The translations under genes were made by a program, and so were the position numbers. A model generated the notes under the pieces. The model made no database searches. It had not been told where the DNA came from and saw nothing but the letters and a program-made list of their open reading frames with translations. Positions 45,930 to 56,868 of a stretch of DNA of 64,000 nt are shown piece by piece. Where the stretch lies: contig JAZNNG010000077.1 of NCBI GenBank assembly GCA_045580165.1, positions 1,810 to 65,809 on the forward strand, given 5' to 3'. The stretch is from Eubacteriales bacterium. Lineage in GTDB: Bacteria; Bacillota; Clostridia; Oscillospirales; CAG-272. The first letter of the stretch is position 1. Each line of letters opens with the position of its first letter.

Positions 45930-46748
45930 ATGCTTGAAATTATCAAATCGGTCATACTCGGTATAGTCGAAGGTATAACCGAGTGGCTTCCCATAAGCTC
46001 AACGGGACATATGATCCTCGTTAACGAGTTTATCGGAAATTCGGGCTTTACAAGCTCGGATTTATACTTATACGTAATTCAGCTCGGCGCAATCCTTGCC
46101 GTAGCAACCCTTTACTTCAGAAAGCTTAATCCGTTTGCACTAAGCAAGACTCCGGATGAGAAAAAAGCGACTTGGAGTATGTGGTTCAAGGTAATAGTTG
46201 CGTGTATGCCCGCCGCAGTTATTGGTCTACTTTTTGACGATTATATGGATAAGATCGAAAATTGGCAGATCGTATCTCTTACACTTCTTATCTACGGTAT
46301 AGCATTTATTATTATCGAGAACAGAAAAAAACAGGCAAGCATAACCACGATAAATGACCTTACCTACAAGACTGCACTTATAATAGGCGCTTTTCAGGTT
46401 TTGTCAATAATCCCCGGAACCTCACGTTCGGGTGCAACCATACTCGGCGCTATAATTATAGGATGCTCCAGAGAGGTCGCGGCTGAGTTTTCGTTTTTCC
46501 TTGCCGTTCCCGTAATGGTCGGAGTGAGCTTCCTCAAAATTGTAACTAACGATACACCCATTGGCGGATTTGACGTACTTGTCCTTGCAATAGGAATGGT
46601 GATCGCGTACGTAGTTTCGCTTGTTTCCATGAAGCTGCTTGTTGACTATGTTAAGCGTCACGATTTCAAGGTGTTCGGTATATACAGAATAGTTCTTGCG
46701 ATAGCGGTCGTTGCATTCTTTACGGTAAAGTCCTGTTTAGCGATTTAA
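45930..46748 (+). CDS. uppP: Undecaprenyl-diphosphate phosphatase
   Basis: GIVEGITEWLPISSTGH and PGTSRSGATI motifs. Confidence 0.93.
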   Translation: MLEIIKSVILGIVEGITEWLPISSTGHMILVNEFIGNSGFTSSDLYLYVIQLGAILAVATLYFRKLNPFALSKTPDEKKATWSMWFKVIVACMPAAVIGLLFDDYMDKIENWQIVSLTLLIYGIAFIIIENRKKQASITTINDLTYKTALIIGAFQVLSIIPGTSRSGATILGAIIIGCSREVAAEFSFFLAVPVMVGVSFLKIVTNDTPIGGFDVLVLAIGMVIAYVVSLVSMKLLVDYVKRHDFKVFGIYRIVLAIAVVAFFTVKSCLAI

Positions 46749-46920
46749 CCAATGTATATAAGGTAAAAACCTTGATAAAATAGTAAATAAACTGAAATTT
46801 TGAAAATTGACACTTTTTTAACAAAAATACTTGTAAAACACGGCATTTTGTGGTAAAATGTCGAGTGGACAAAAATAACGTCCTTTAATATTGTAAATTT
46901 TTATTTCAGAGGTGAATATA

Positions 46921-48219
46921 ATGTACAACAAGAAATCCATTGAAGACATCAGCGTAAAGGGCAAAAAGGTCCTCGTTCGTTGCGACTTCAACGTACCGCT
47001 TAAGGACGGTGAAATCACCAGCGACAAGAGAATCGTAGGCGCTCTTCCCACGATCAAGTACCTTCTCGATAACGGTGCAAAGGTAATTCTTTGCTCTCAC
47101 ATGGGTAAGCCCCACGGTATCTTTACCGAAGGCTTCGGACTCAACAAAAAGGAAAAGGCAAAGATCGCAGAGCTTCCCGAGGCAGAGCAGGCAGCTGCAA
47201 AGGCTGAAATGCTTAAAAAGGCTCTCGAGGGCGATGCTAAGAAGTTCACACTCAAGCCCGTTGCTGACAGACTCAACGAGTATCTTGACGGCAAGGTAAC
47301 CTTCGCTACAGATATTATTGGTGAAGATGCAAAGGCTAAGATCGCAGCTCTCAAGGAAGGCGAAGCCGTTCTTCTTGAAAACGTTCGTTTCGATGCAAGA
47401 GAAACAAAGAATGACGAAACACTTTCCAAGGAGTTTGCTGCTCTTTGCGAAGTATACGTAAACGATGCTTTCGGTTCTGCTCACAGAGCTCACTGCTCGA
47501 CAGCCGGCGTTACCGACTACGTTGATACCTGCGTATGCGGTTACCTCATTCAGAAGGAAATCACAATAATGGGTAAGGCTCTTTCCGACCCCAAGCGTCC
47601 CTTTGTTTCCATCCTCGGCGGCGCTAAGGTTTCCGATAAGATCGGCGTTATCAACAACCTCATCGAAAAGGTTGATACACTTGTTATCGGCGGTGGTATG
47701 GCTTATACCTTCCTCCGCGCTCTCGGCAACGATATCGGTACCTCCATCTGCGAGGAAGACAGACTCGAGCTTGCTACCGAGCTTATGGAAAAGGCTAAGG
47801 CTAAGGGCGTTAAATTCCTTCTTCCCGTTGACAATACGATCGGTAAGGAATATGACGAAAATACCGAGTTTGCTACAGTTAAGTCAAGTGAGATTCCGGC
47901 TGACTGGATGGGACTTGACATCGGACCCGAAACACGCGAGATATTTGCTGACGCTATAAAGGGTGCTGGCACAGTTGTATGGAACGGCCCGATGGGCGTT
48001 TCCGAATGGAAGAATTTCGCTGCAGGTACAGAGAGCGTTGCAAAGGCAGTAGCTGAAAGCGGTGCTATTTCCATCATCGGCGGCGGAGACAGCGCAGCTG
48101 CAGTTGAAAAGCTCGGCTACGCAGACAAGATGACACATATTTCCACAGGCGGCGGCGCATCTCTCGAGCTTCTTGAGGGTAAGGTACTTCCCGGCATCGC
48201 ATGCCTTGACAATAAATAA
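46921..48219 (+). CDS. pgk: Phosphoglycerate kinase (with an insertion of about 36 aa after the SHxGxP motif)
   Basis: [24 protein letters not shown] and GGGDSAAAV motifs. ATG at 46921 follows AGAGGTGA. Confidence 0.95.
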   Translation: MYNKKSIEDISVKGKKVLVRCDFNVPLKDGEITSDKRIVGALPTIKYLLDNGAKVILCSHMGKPHGIFTEGFGLNKKEKAKIAELPEAEQAAAKAEMLKKALEGDAKKFTLKPVADRLNEYLDGKVTFATDIIGEDAKAKIAALKEGEAVLLENVRFDARETKNDETLSKEFAALCEVYVNDAFGSAHRAHCSTAGVTDYVDTCVCGYLIQKEITIMGKALSDPKRPFVSILGGAKVSDKIGVINNLIEKVDTLVIGGGMAYTFLRALGNDIGTSICEEDRLELATELMEKAKAKGVKFLLPVDNTIGKEYDENTEFATVKSSEIPADWMGLDIGPETREIFADAIKGAGTVVWNGPMGVSEWKNFAAGTESVAKAVAESGAISIIGGGDSAAAVEKLGYADKMTHISTGGGASLELLEGKVLPGIACLDNK

Positions 48220-48239
48220 TCTATAAAGAGGAAATTCAA

Positions 48240-49007
48240 ATGAATAAGACACTCAGAAAGCCTGTTATCGCAGGTAACTGGAAAATGAATATGACACCCT
48301 CCAAGACCACTGCATTCATCGAAGAGCTTGCAGGCAAGGTTGAGGGAAAGAACGCTTGCGATATCGTGCTTTGCGTACCCTTCGTTGATATTGCGCCTGC
48401 AGTTGCAAGCGCTAAGGGCACTAACATCAAGATAGGTGCACAGAACGTTCACTTCAAGGAGAATGGCGCGTATACAGGCGAGATTTCCGCTGAAATGCTT
48501 CTTGAATGCGGTGCTGAATACGTTGTAATCGGTCACAGTGAAAGAAGACAGTACTTCGGCGAGACAGACGAAACCGTAAACCTCAGAGTTCTCGCTGCTC
48601 TTAACGCGGGACTTAAGGTTATCCTTTGTGTAGGCGAGCTTCTTAACGAGCGTGAGCTCGGTATTACCGAGGAGATCGTAGGCAAGCAGACAAAGATCGC
48701 TCTTAACGGAGTGACAAGCGCTCAGCTCAAGAACGTAATAATTGCTTACGAGCCTGTTTGGGCAATCGGAACTGGCAAGACCGCTACCTCGGCTCAGGCT
48801 GAAGAGGTTTGTGCGTTTATCAGAAGCGTTATCGCAGGTCTTTACACAAAAGCAGAGGCAGACGCAACCGTTATTCAGTACGGTGGCTCTATGAACGCAG
48901 GTAATGCGGCTGATCTTCTCTCCAAGGAGAATGTTGACGGTGGTCTCATCGGCGGCGCATCTCTTAAAACTGCAGACTTTACAGTTATTGTAGACGCTGC
49001 GCAGTAA
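48240..49007 (+). CDS. tpiA: Triosephosphate isomerase
   Basis: AGNWKMN, IGHSERR and AYEPVWAIGTG motifs. Terminator hairpin at 49022-49051. Confidence 0.95.
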   Translation: MNKTLRKPVIAGNWKMNMTPSKTTAFIEELAGKVEGKNACDIVLCVPFVDIAPAVASAKGTNIKIGAQNVHFKENGAYTGEISAEMLLECGAEYVVIGHSERRQYFGETDETVNLRVLAALNAGLKVILCVGELLNERELGITEEIVGKQTKIALNGVTSAQLKNVIIAYEPVWAIGTGKTATSAQAEEVCAFIRSVIAGLYTKAEADATVIQYGGSMNAGNAADLLSKENVDGGLIGGASLKTADFTVIVDAAQ

Positions 49008-49070
49008 TTTCATATATAATCAACGTCGGGCATTTTAATATGCCCGACGTTTGATATGACAGGGATATGA

Positions 49071-49973
49071 ATGAAAAAATTAACTAATAGCTTTTTGCTC
49101 TTATTGACCGCGCTTATTTGGGGTGTGGCATTCCTTGCACAAAGTGTGGGGATGGATTACGTCGGACCGTTCACCTTTAACGGAGTTCGCTCGTTTATAG
49201 GAGGACTTGTTCTTGTCCCTTGTATTTTTTTAATCAATGCGATTAAGAAAAGAAGCGGTGAGTCACAAAGCTCTGACAATAAAACGGTCATAATCGGCGG
49301 CGTTATCTGCGGAACGCTTTTGTTTGCAGCATCAACGCTTCAACAATTCGGACTTTTGTATACGAGCCCCGGCAAAGCGGGATTTATTACTGCATTATAC
49401 ATAATTCTCGTTCCTGCGGCAGGAGTTTTCCTTGGCAGACGCCCGGGAATCAAGCTCGTGTTTGCGGCAGTCGGCGCGCTCATAGGCTTGTATTTTCTTT
49501 GCTTTACGGGCGATAGCTTTACGCTTGAGCTTGGAGACTTGCTTATCTTCCTGTGTGCTATCGTATTTACTGCTCACATTCTTGTTATTGACCGCTTTTC
49601 GCCAAAGGTTGATGGCGTTAAGATGTCGTGTATTCAGTTTTTTGTCTGCGCGGCTTTGTCGTTTTTGCCAATGATAATATTTGAAGAACCGAGCTTTTCC
49701 ACGATATATGCGGCAAAAATACCGATACTATACGCAGGCGTAATGTCTTGCGGAGTCGCGTATACGCTTCAGATAATTGGACAGAAGGGAGTTAATCCGA
49801 CTCTTGCATCCCTTATACTGAGTCTTGAGTCATGCTTTGCTTTGCTTGGTGAATTTGTTTATCTAAAGCTTACGGGTGCTGATAGCTTTATGTCAACACG
49901 TGAAATTATCGGATGTGTTATAGTCTTTGCGGCAATAATCTTAGCACAGCTTCCCGACAAGAAAAGTAAATAA
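49071..49973 (+). CDS. DMT superfamily (EamA-type) transporter
   Basis: 10 TM helices in two EamA repeats, 300 aa. Confidence 0.8.
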   Translation: MKKLTNSFLLLLTALIWGVAFLAQSVGMDYVGPFTFNGVRSFIGGLVLVPCIFLINAIKKRSGESQSSDNKTVIIGGVICGTLLFAASTLQQFGLLYTSPGKAGFITALYIILVPAAGVFLGRRPGIKLVFAAVGALIGLYFLCFTGDSFTLELGDLLIFLCAIVFTAHILVIDRFSPKVDGVKMSCIQFFVCAALSFLPMIIFEEPSFSTIYAAKIPILYAGVMSCGVAYTLQIIGQKGVNPTLASLILSLESCFALLGEFVYLKLTGADSFMSTREIIGCVIVFAAIILAQLPDKKSK

Positions 49974-50025
49974 AAAAAGCACTCAACCGTGTGTGTTGTG
50001 CTCCATTTTGTGCGGACAGCACAAA

Positions 50026-50076
50026 AAGAACCCCCTATGGTATAATTAAGAAAAACCATAGGAGGGTTCTTTTTTT
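50026..50076. terminator. Bidirectional terminator (long hairpin)
   Basis: AGAACCCCCTATGGT...ACCATAGGAGGGTTCT followed by T7. Confidence 0.7.
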
Positions 50077-50101
50077 CATTGTCCGTTTTTAACGGTTCGG
50101 T

Positions 50102-50557
50102 TCATTTATTATGAAGAAAGTTTTCAATTTCTCGCATAAAGGTTTCAACGTCCTTGAATTCTCTGTATACTGAAGCAAATCTTACATAAGATACCGCGTC
50201 TATATCCTTGAGCTTGTCCATAATAAGCTCTCCGATTTTAGTGGTAGGAACCTCGTTGTTGAGCGAGTTCTGAAGCTCGCTCTCAATATCATTGACTATT
50301 TTTTCGATTTGCTCAATGCTTACCGGGCGTTTCTGACAGGCTCTTATGATACCGTTCATCACCTTGTTTCTGTCAAACGGCTCTCTTGAGTCGTTTTTCT
50401 TTATCACCATAAGCGGTATGTTTTCAACTACCTCGTATGTATTGAAACGTCTTTGACACGCAGTACATTCACGCCTTCTTTTTATAGACTTTCCTTCATC
50501 AGATGCACGGGAGTCAATAACCGTGCTTTTCATATGACCGCAAGCAGGACATTTCAT
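50102..50557 (-). CDS. nrdR: Transcriptional repressor NrdR
   Basis: MKCPACGH...[12 protein letters not shown] zinc ribbon plus ATP-cone, 151 aa. Confidence 0.93.
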   Translation of the reverse strand: MKCPACGHMKSTVIDSRASDEGKSIKRRRECTACQRRFNTYEVVENIPLMVIKKNDSREPFDRNKVMNGIIRACQKRPVSIEQIEKIVNDIESELQNSLNNEVPTTKIGELIMDKLKDIDAVSYVRFASVYREFKDVETFMREIENFLHNK

Positions 50558-50563
50558 TAGTAA

Positions 50564-52702
50564 TCACCTCTTAATTATAACCTTGCAGGTAGTGTTTTCG
50601 TCTTCTGAAACAACCTTTACGTCTTTGCTTCCGCCGTAAACGTTGATGATAAATTCACGCGTTTCGGGTTTTCCGTTGTAATCGCCAATTGCTTTACCTA
50701 CTGTAATTACGGTTGACTCGTCATTTGCGTCACAAGTAATAAGAGTATGGCACGAGGACTTGTTTTCATATTCAAGTGAGATCATATCGTCCTCACGGAG
50801 AATAAATTCGCTCTTGCCCTCGGGATATACGTCAATTTCGAGAGTTGTCTTGTCATAATCGCGGATACAGTCAACCTCATTTGCCATACAAGGAATTATT
50901 GCGCCTCTCTTGATATAGAGCGCTCCGCCTCTGTCGGCAGGAATAACAGGCTTAACGTCACAAGGACCTTCAATTATCTCGCCTGTCCAATAGTCTTCCC
51001 ATTTACCCTCGGGAAGATTTACCGTATCAGAATAAGCGCATACCATAAATGAAGGACCAAACATATACTGACAAGTATTGTCGAATCCTTTTTCAAATTC
51101 AGGGAATACAAGCGGCATAGGACGAACTATCGGCATTGCATCCTCGTGCGCTTCAAGCGCTGATGAATAGATGTAGGGGTAGAGTCTGTATCTGAGACGG
51201 TTGTAGAATTTGAAGAGCTTGTAGTTGTTTTCACCTGCCCACCAAGGCTGGTTAATACCCTGCCAGGTATTGAGATGAGCCCACGGAACGAAGAAGCCGA
51301 AATGGAGGCTTGAGGGTGTGTGTACGTTCATATCGATCGTAGAGTTGGAGAAACCGGTCATAGCAAGCGTCAATAGCCATATCATAGCGCCGTGCTCACC
51401 GCCGTTGTCACCTGTTGTTGCCGCACCCCATTTCTGAGTTCCGATATAACCGCCCGAATAGTGGTGCATCGGACGCATACCCGTCTGCTTTGCAAAGCCC
51501 TCGTAGGTCTGCTTTGTTACAAGCACCTGATTTAAGTTGTGCATTAAAGTCTGAGGCAAGCCGTTCGCGTAAACGACCCAGTCCTCGATCCTACCGAGAG
51601 TATCAGACGGGTCTATCTTGAACGCGTCAACACCGCAGTGGGTGAATCTTCCCATATGCTCGTACCAAGGCTCAAATTCGTTGTAGTCGTCGCCTCTGAA
51701 TACGCGCTCTGCTTCATCTGAATAGTCGTAATAGTCGCAGAACCACAGGGAAGTGTGGAATCCCATTCTTCTGAGAGCTGCAATAAAGGTTTCTTCGGTC
51801 TTGCGGCCTCTTTTAACAAGCCATGCAGGCATGTGGAATTTTTCAAGATTCCATTGGGGATCCATAGAATAGTCATAGAAGGTTTCCATCCAGCGAGGCT
51901 CAAGGCTGATCATATCACATCCGATCTTTTCTTGACGGATACGTTCTGCCTGACGCATTACCTCAAACTGGTCGGCATTGATAGGTGCTATGTAGTTAAG
52001 ACCGTATGCCCAACCGGGTAATACCATAGATTTACCCGTAAGCTTTGCGTTGTATTTTAGCATTTCGGGCATTGTTCCGTAAAGGACAAACATATCGAGG
52101 TAATCGTTGTCACCGCTGATTATAAGCTTATCATTATATCTTTCTCCAATGTCAACGAAGTGTCTTGCGTATGCGTTAACAAATACGCCCCATCCCTCAC
52201 TTGACATAAAAAAGGGAATCGGGATCTCGTCGAATTGATAAGACGCCCAGTTCTGATATGATTTTCCGCGAAGCTCAATTCTATCGGTTGCTGCTTCTCC
52301 AAGGCCGTAAAACCGTTCTTTTTCGGAAATTTCAAAAATCACGCCGAAGCTTACGTCGGGAATATCCTCGCGCATCTTTCTCTTGGGTAATATTGGGTGA
52401 TCCTCGATTGAACCCTCAACAAAACCGTTTCTGAGGTAATGATTCTCGAACTTCTTTGTAAAATATTCCGAATTATCCTTCCAGAATTTATCATCGTCTG
52501 TCTTGAAGGATATTTTAAGAGTCCGTCCGTTCGGCAAAGTTAAAGTGCTTGTTTCCTCATTAAACTCAATACCATCAGAAGATTCTTCTTTCTCCGCATT
52601 AACAAGACCATACCTTTCTGTCATGGAAAGAGCATCTGAGTATTTGGCATCTCTGATTCTGATTATTCCGTTTGATATTTTTTCTACTTTAAGCTTTAAC
52701 AT
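50564..52702 (-). CDS. Glycoside hydrolase family 31-like (alpha-glucosidase/alpha-xylosidase type), cytoplasmic
   Basis: 712 aa. GVDAFKIDPSD resembles the YicI nucleophile region GVDCFKTDFGE. No signal peptide. Confidence 0.7.
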   Translation of the reverse strand: MLKLKVEKISNGIIRIRDAKYSDALSMTERYGLVNAEKEESSDGIEFNEETSTLTLPNGRTLKISFKTDDDKFWKDNSEYFTKKFENHYLRNGFVEGSIEDHPILPKRKMREDIPDVSFGVIFEISEKERFYGLGEAATDRIELRGKSYQNWASYQFDEIPIPFFMSSEGWGVFVNAYARHFVDIGERYNDKLIISGDNDYLDMFVLYGTMPEMLKYNAKLTGKSMVLPGWAYGLNYIAPINADQFEVMRQAERIRQEKIGCDMISLEPRWMETFYDYSMDPQWNLEKFHMPAWLVKRGRKTEETFIAALRRMGFHTSLWFCDYYDYSDEAERVFRGDDYNEFEPWYEHMGRFTHCGVDAFKIDPSDTLGRIEDWVVYANGLPQTLMHNLNQVLVTKQTYEGFAKQTGMRPMHHYSGGYIGTQKWGAATTGDNGGEHGAMIWLLTLAMTGFSNSTIDMNVHTPSSLHFGFFVPWAHLNTWQGINQPWWAGENNYKLFKFYNRLRYRLYPYIYSSALEAHEDAMPIVRPMPLVFPEFEKGFDNTCQYMFGPSFMVCAYSDTVNLPEGKWEDYWTGEIIEGPCDVKPVIPADRGGALYIKRGAIIPCMANEVDCIRDYDKTTLEIDVYPEGKSEFILREDDMISLEYENKSSCHTLITCDANDESTVITVGKAIGDYNGKPETREFIINVYGGSKDVKVVSEDENTTCKVIIKR

Positions 52703-52861
52703 AGATTGTCCTTCCTGTATAGCATTATTTACTATAAATACTTGAGTTTAAAAAATTAAGGTATATTTTTATTATATCACAAAATCGATTTCTTGCAATA
52801 TCTTTTAACTATTTTATAACAAAAAATGAAAAGCCGATCGAAATAATCGGCCTTTCGTTTT

Positions 52862-54865
52862 TTATTCAACTGTACCGTTGTTGGTGGTGTCGGTTTCACT
52901 AACGTCACCGACAGGTTCATCCTTCGTCGTTGCCTCTTCATTTTTGGCATTCGCCTTGGATTCTGCCGCTTCTTTAGCACGAAGATTTTCAAGCTCACTC
53001 TTTTTGCGCTTTTCGGATTTCATTTCCTCAAGCTCCTCAAAGGTTGGGTTTCCATTCATGGCTTCATTGAACTGACCTTCATCCATGGTTTCATATTTTA
53101 TAAGAAACTCTGCAATAAAGTCGAGCTTATCTCTGTGCTCTTCAAGGACGGACTTGGCTCTTTCGTAAGCTGCTGAGATTATACGCTTGATTTCATTGTC
53201 AATAGAGGATGCCGTAGACTCTGAGTAATTCTTCGTATTGCTGAAATCTCGTCCGAGGAATACCTCGTCGTTACCGTGCTCTGAACCGTAAACGATGGGG
53301 CCGAGCAGATCACTCATACCGTATTTGGTAACCATATTGCGAGCGATATTTGTTGCTCTTTGGATATCGTTGGATGCGCCGGTAGAAATATCTCCGAGAA
53401 CGATTGATTCTGCAACGCGTCCGCCGAGAAGCGTAACGATTTCATTCTGCATATCGGTCATAGACATATACGATCTGTCTTCAACGGGAAGAGAGAGAGT
53501 ATATCCGCCTGCTCTGCCACTTGCTATTATTGAAATTTGATGGACGGGGAAATCGGGCTGAACGAATTTGGTAACAACAGCGTGTCCCGCTTCGTGGAAT
53601 GCGGTAAGTCGCTTTTCCTTTTCGCTAATAACCTTTGAGGTCTTCTGAGGACCTACCATACATTTGATGGTCGCATCCTCGATATCGTTCATACCGATAA
53701 GGTGCTTACCGCGTCTTGCGGCGAGGAGCGCAGCTTCGTTAAGAACGTTTGCAAGGTCTGCTCCCGTAAATCCGACCGTAGTTTTTGCCACAACCTCGAG
53801 GTCAACGTCTTCTTCAAGAGGCTTATTTTTTGCATGTACCTTAAGAATAGCGTGTCTGCCGCGAGTATCGGGATAATCAACGGTAACTTGTCTATCGAAA
53901 CGACCGGGTCTGAGGAGAGCAGGGTCAAGTATGTCGGGACGGTTAGTTGCCGCGATTACTATTATTCCTGTATGTGAACCGAATCCGTCCATTTCAACAA
54001 GGAGCTGGTTGAGAGTCTGTTCGCGTTCGTCGTGACCGCCGCCGAGACCTGCGCCTCTGTGACGACCTACTGCGTCGATTTCGTCGATGAAAATAATACT
54101 TGCAGGATGCTTTCTTGCTGTGTCAAACAAATCTCTTACTCTCGATGCACCGACACCTACGTACATTTCTACAAAGTCAGAACCTGAGATAGAGAAGAAC
54201 GGAACGCCTGCTTCGCCTGCTACGGCCTTTGCAAGAAGCGTCTTACCTGTACCGGGAGGGCCAACGAGAAGGACGCCGTGAGGAATTTTAGCACCAAGCT
54301 TCATAAATCTCTGGGGATCTTTAAGATAATCCACGATTTCCTTAAGCTCTTCCTTTTCCTCGTCAGCACCTGCTACGTCATTGAAAGTGACCTTATTTTT
54401 GTCATCCGTTATAATTCTCGCTCTGGATTTGCCGAAAGAATTGATTTTGCTTCCGCGACCACCCGACTGATTCATCATAAAGAACCAGAAAAATACGAAC
54501 AGGAGTATAACGACTACATAGGGGATGAACATAAACCACCAAGGCATATTGACCGGCGGCTCAATGTCATAGCTCTCGATGATTCCGCTTTCAACCTGTG
54601 AATCAATAAGCTCTCCGTACTTATCCATGAAATCAGAATAGTCTCTGAGAACGTATGTCAAAACACGGTTATCCTTGGTATGGATTTTGATCTCATCGGT
54701 ATTGGAGATCTGGAATTTGGTGACCTCTTCATTTTTGAACATCTGAATTATGTCACTGTATTCAAGAGGCTCTGTGCCGGGATCGGAAAGTATGAGAGCT
54801 GAAACCGTAAGTATTACTGCAATAAGTATTCCGTAAAACAGTAATATCTTCATATTGTTTTTCAT
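52862..54865 (-). CDS. ftsH: ATP-dependent zinc metalloprotease FtsH
   Basis: Two N-terminal TM helices, AAA+ Walker [12 protein letters not shown], and HEAGH zinc motif. Confidence 0.96.
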   Translation of the reverse strand: MKNNMKILLFYGILIAVILTVSALILSDPGTEPLEYSDIIQMFKNEEVTKFQISNTDEIKIHTKDNRVLTYVLRDYSDFMDKYGELIDSQVESGIIESYDIEPPVNMPWWFMFIPYVVVILLFVFFWFFMMNQSGGRGSKINSFGKSRARIITDDKNKVTFNDVAGADEEKEELKEIVDYLKDPQRFMKLGAKIPHGVLLVGPPGTGKTLLAKAVAGEAGVPFFSISGSDFVEMYVGVGASRVRDLFDTARKHPASIIFIDEIDAVGRHRGAGLGGGHDEREQTLNQLLVEMDGFGSHTGIIVIAATNRPDILDPALLRPGRFDRQVTVDYPDTRGRHAILKVHAKNKPLEEDVDLEVVAKTTVGFTGADLANVLNEAALLAARRGKHLIGMNDIEDATIKCMVGPQKTSKVISEKEKRLTAFHEAGHAVVTKFVQPDFPVHQISIIASGRAGGYTLSLPVEDRSYMSMTDMQNEIVTLLGGRVAESIVLGDISTGASNDIQRATNIARNMVTKYGMSDLLGPIVYGSEHGNDEVFLGRDFSNTKNYSESTASSIDNEIKRIISAAYERAKSVLEEHRDKLDFIAEFLIKYETMDEGQFNEAMNGNPTFEELEEMKSEKRKKSELENLRAKEAAESKANAKNEEATTKDEPVGDVSETDTTNNGTVE

Positions 54866-54894
54866 ATAAAAAGGTACCTCGTAAATATTATATG

Positions 54895-55437
54895 TTATTT
54901 TGTATATACTTCAGGCTTAAGGACTCCTATATAGGGAAGAGCTCTGTATGACTCGTCGAAGTCAAGCCCGTATCCTATCACGAACTCATCGGGAACGATC
55001 TTGCCGCAATAATCCGGAGCAAAGTCTACCTCGCGTCTTGACGGCTTGTCAAGCATCGTGCATGTCTTGACACTGCGTGCACCCTTGAGCTTGAGATAAT
55101 CGACAAGATACGAAAGCGTACGTCCGCTGTCGATTATGTCTTCAACGATAAGAATATCGAGGCTTGAGAGATCTTTGCGGTGAAGATCAAGGACGATATT
55201 TACCGTTCCGCTTGTTTTTGAACCGCTTCCGTAAGAAGAAACCTTCATAAAATCAATTTCAGTCGGAATTGAAATATTCTTCATAAGGTCGCCCATAAAA
55301 ACTACCGCGCCCTTAAGGATGCAAAGCAAAAGAAGCTTTTTGTCCCTATAATCATTGTTTATCTCGCTTGCAAGCCTTTTAATGATTTCATTGATTTCGT
55401 CCTCTGAAACCAAAACCTTTAATACGTCGCTATGCAT
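54895..55437 (-). CDS. hpt: Hypoxanthine phosphoribosyltransferase
   Basis: PRPP-binding motif [14 protein letters not shown], 180 aa. Confidence 0.93.
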   Translation of the reverse strand: MHSDVLKVLVSEDEINEIIKRLASEINNDYRDKKLLLLCILKGAVVFMGDLMKNISIPTEIDFMKVSSYGSGSKTSGTVNIVLDLHRKDLSSLDILIVEDIIDSGRTLSYLVDYLKLKGARSVKTCTMLDKPSRREVDFAPDYCGKIVPDEFVIGYGLDFDESYRALPYIGVLKPEVYTK

Positions 55438-55455
55438 TTTTATCTCCTATTGTGA

Positions 55456-56868
55456 TTATTTGTTGTCTTTGTTATATGAGTAAAGCAGAATTTCTGCATC
55501 TTCGCCCGCTTTTGAGTACGTCCCGGTCCTTGATCTTGCGCCCGGCACCCAAAGTATACCGTCTTCATCACGAAAAATCGGCAAAGAAGCTCGTCTTTCG
55601 AGATCCGGTTCGATTTCGTTCAAAAGCTTTTTTAGCTTTCTGTTTACTCCGTTTATGTTGACTGCGTCGCCGGAGTGCCTTGAAGTTGCGAACAAAGCAC
55701 CTTTAATTTTAGCAGAATAAATAGGTGTCTGTGTTGATATTTTGTAAATATTTTCAAATTCCGAAATGTTTTTTACATCGGTTGAATTGTATCTGCCGAT
55801 CACACCGTTTGGAATTTTTGTGATCCCCGTGCTGACTGCAACACAGTAGGTAGAAGATACAAGCGAGCCCTTTTCCTTTAACGTAAGTCGGCCACTCTCG
55901 ATTCTTGCGCAAAATTCACCCGTAAAATGAAATTCCGAATGCTTTATTGCCGACTCGCAAAGCTCAATTATTCCGCGTACGTGCTTTTCTTCAAGTAAAA
56001 CGCCGACCGATACTTTAACGAATTCAAAAATGATGCGCCTTTTAAGCGAAGGATGTGCTGTATTGAGCTCTGTAAGCTTGATACCGTCTGCGTCCGAGTG
56101 AGTCTTTAGAAAATTCTTGGCGCATTGACTTATGAACTGTTCGTCCTCGGTTAGATTTTCCGTCATGCGAGAAATTGCCGCAGGCAGGGAAGGATTGATG
56201 CCCTTTAAGATTGGTATAAGATCGTGACGTATCCTGTTTCTTGTATAAGCAGTATCGATATTTGTGCTGTCAGTTATATATTCTATGCAGTTTTCGTCAC
56301 AATAACCGAGTATATCGTCTTTACTGCTGAGAATTATCGGTCTGATCACGTTTTCACGCATCGGTTTGATCCCACAGAGTCCGTTAAGCGCCGTGCCTCT
56401 CGTCATATTAAATATAACGGTTTCGGCGTTGTCGTCTGCGTTGTGAGCTGTAGCAACGAATGTTGGAAGCCCGTTCTTTGAAACTTCAGCCGCATATTTT
56501 GCGAACTCGCTATATCTTACGTTTCTTGCAGCTTCTTCAATACCCGTTTTGTTTTCTTTGGAAAGTGCGGGAACGTCTATTCGACGCGACTTAAAGGGTA
56601 TTTCTCTGATTTCACAGACCCTTTTGCAGAAGTCTTCATCTCTGTCAGCTTCCTTGTGTCTTATCAGATGATTTATGTGAATTGCGTATAGATTATAGCC
56701 TAATTCAGACGCATGCGTATGCGCAAGATGAAGTAAAGCCGATGAATCCGCACCGCCGGAAAAACCAACTATAAGGTTGAAATTTTCGGGCAGAGCGAAA
56801 CGCTTCATCATTTTGAGAAACTGCGAGGTTACAGAGCTTGTGAATTTATTCTCCACCTTGAATTTCAT
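55456..56868 (-). CDS. tilS: tRNA(Ile)-lysidine synthase
   Basis: PP-loop VGFSGGADS and HINH motif. The start at 56868 overlaps the dnaB end by 23 nt. Confidence 0.9.
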   Translation of the reverse strand: MKFKVENKFTSSVTSQFLKMMKRFALPENFNLIVGFSGGADSSALLHLAHTHASELGYNLYAIHINHLIRHKEADRDEDFCKRVCEIREIPFKSRRIDVPALSKENKTGIEEAARNVRYSEFAKYAAEVSKNGLPTFVATAHNADDNAETVIFNMTRGTALNGLCGIKPMRENVIRPIILSSKDDILGYCDENCIEYITDSTNIDTAYTRNRIRHDLIPILKGINPSLPAAISRMTENLTEDEQFISQCAKNFLKTHSDADGIKLTELNTAHPSLKRRIIFEFVKVSVGVLLEEKHVRGIIELCESAIKHSEFHFTGEFCARIESGRLTLKEKGSLVSSTYCVAVSTGITKIPNGVIGRYNSTDVKNISEFENIYKISTQTPIYSAKIKGALFATSRHSGDAVNINGVNRKLKKLLNEIEPDLERRASLPIFRDEDGILWVPGARSRTGTYSKAGEDAEILLYSYNKDNK

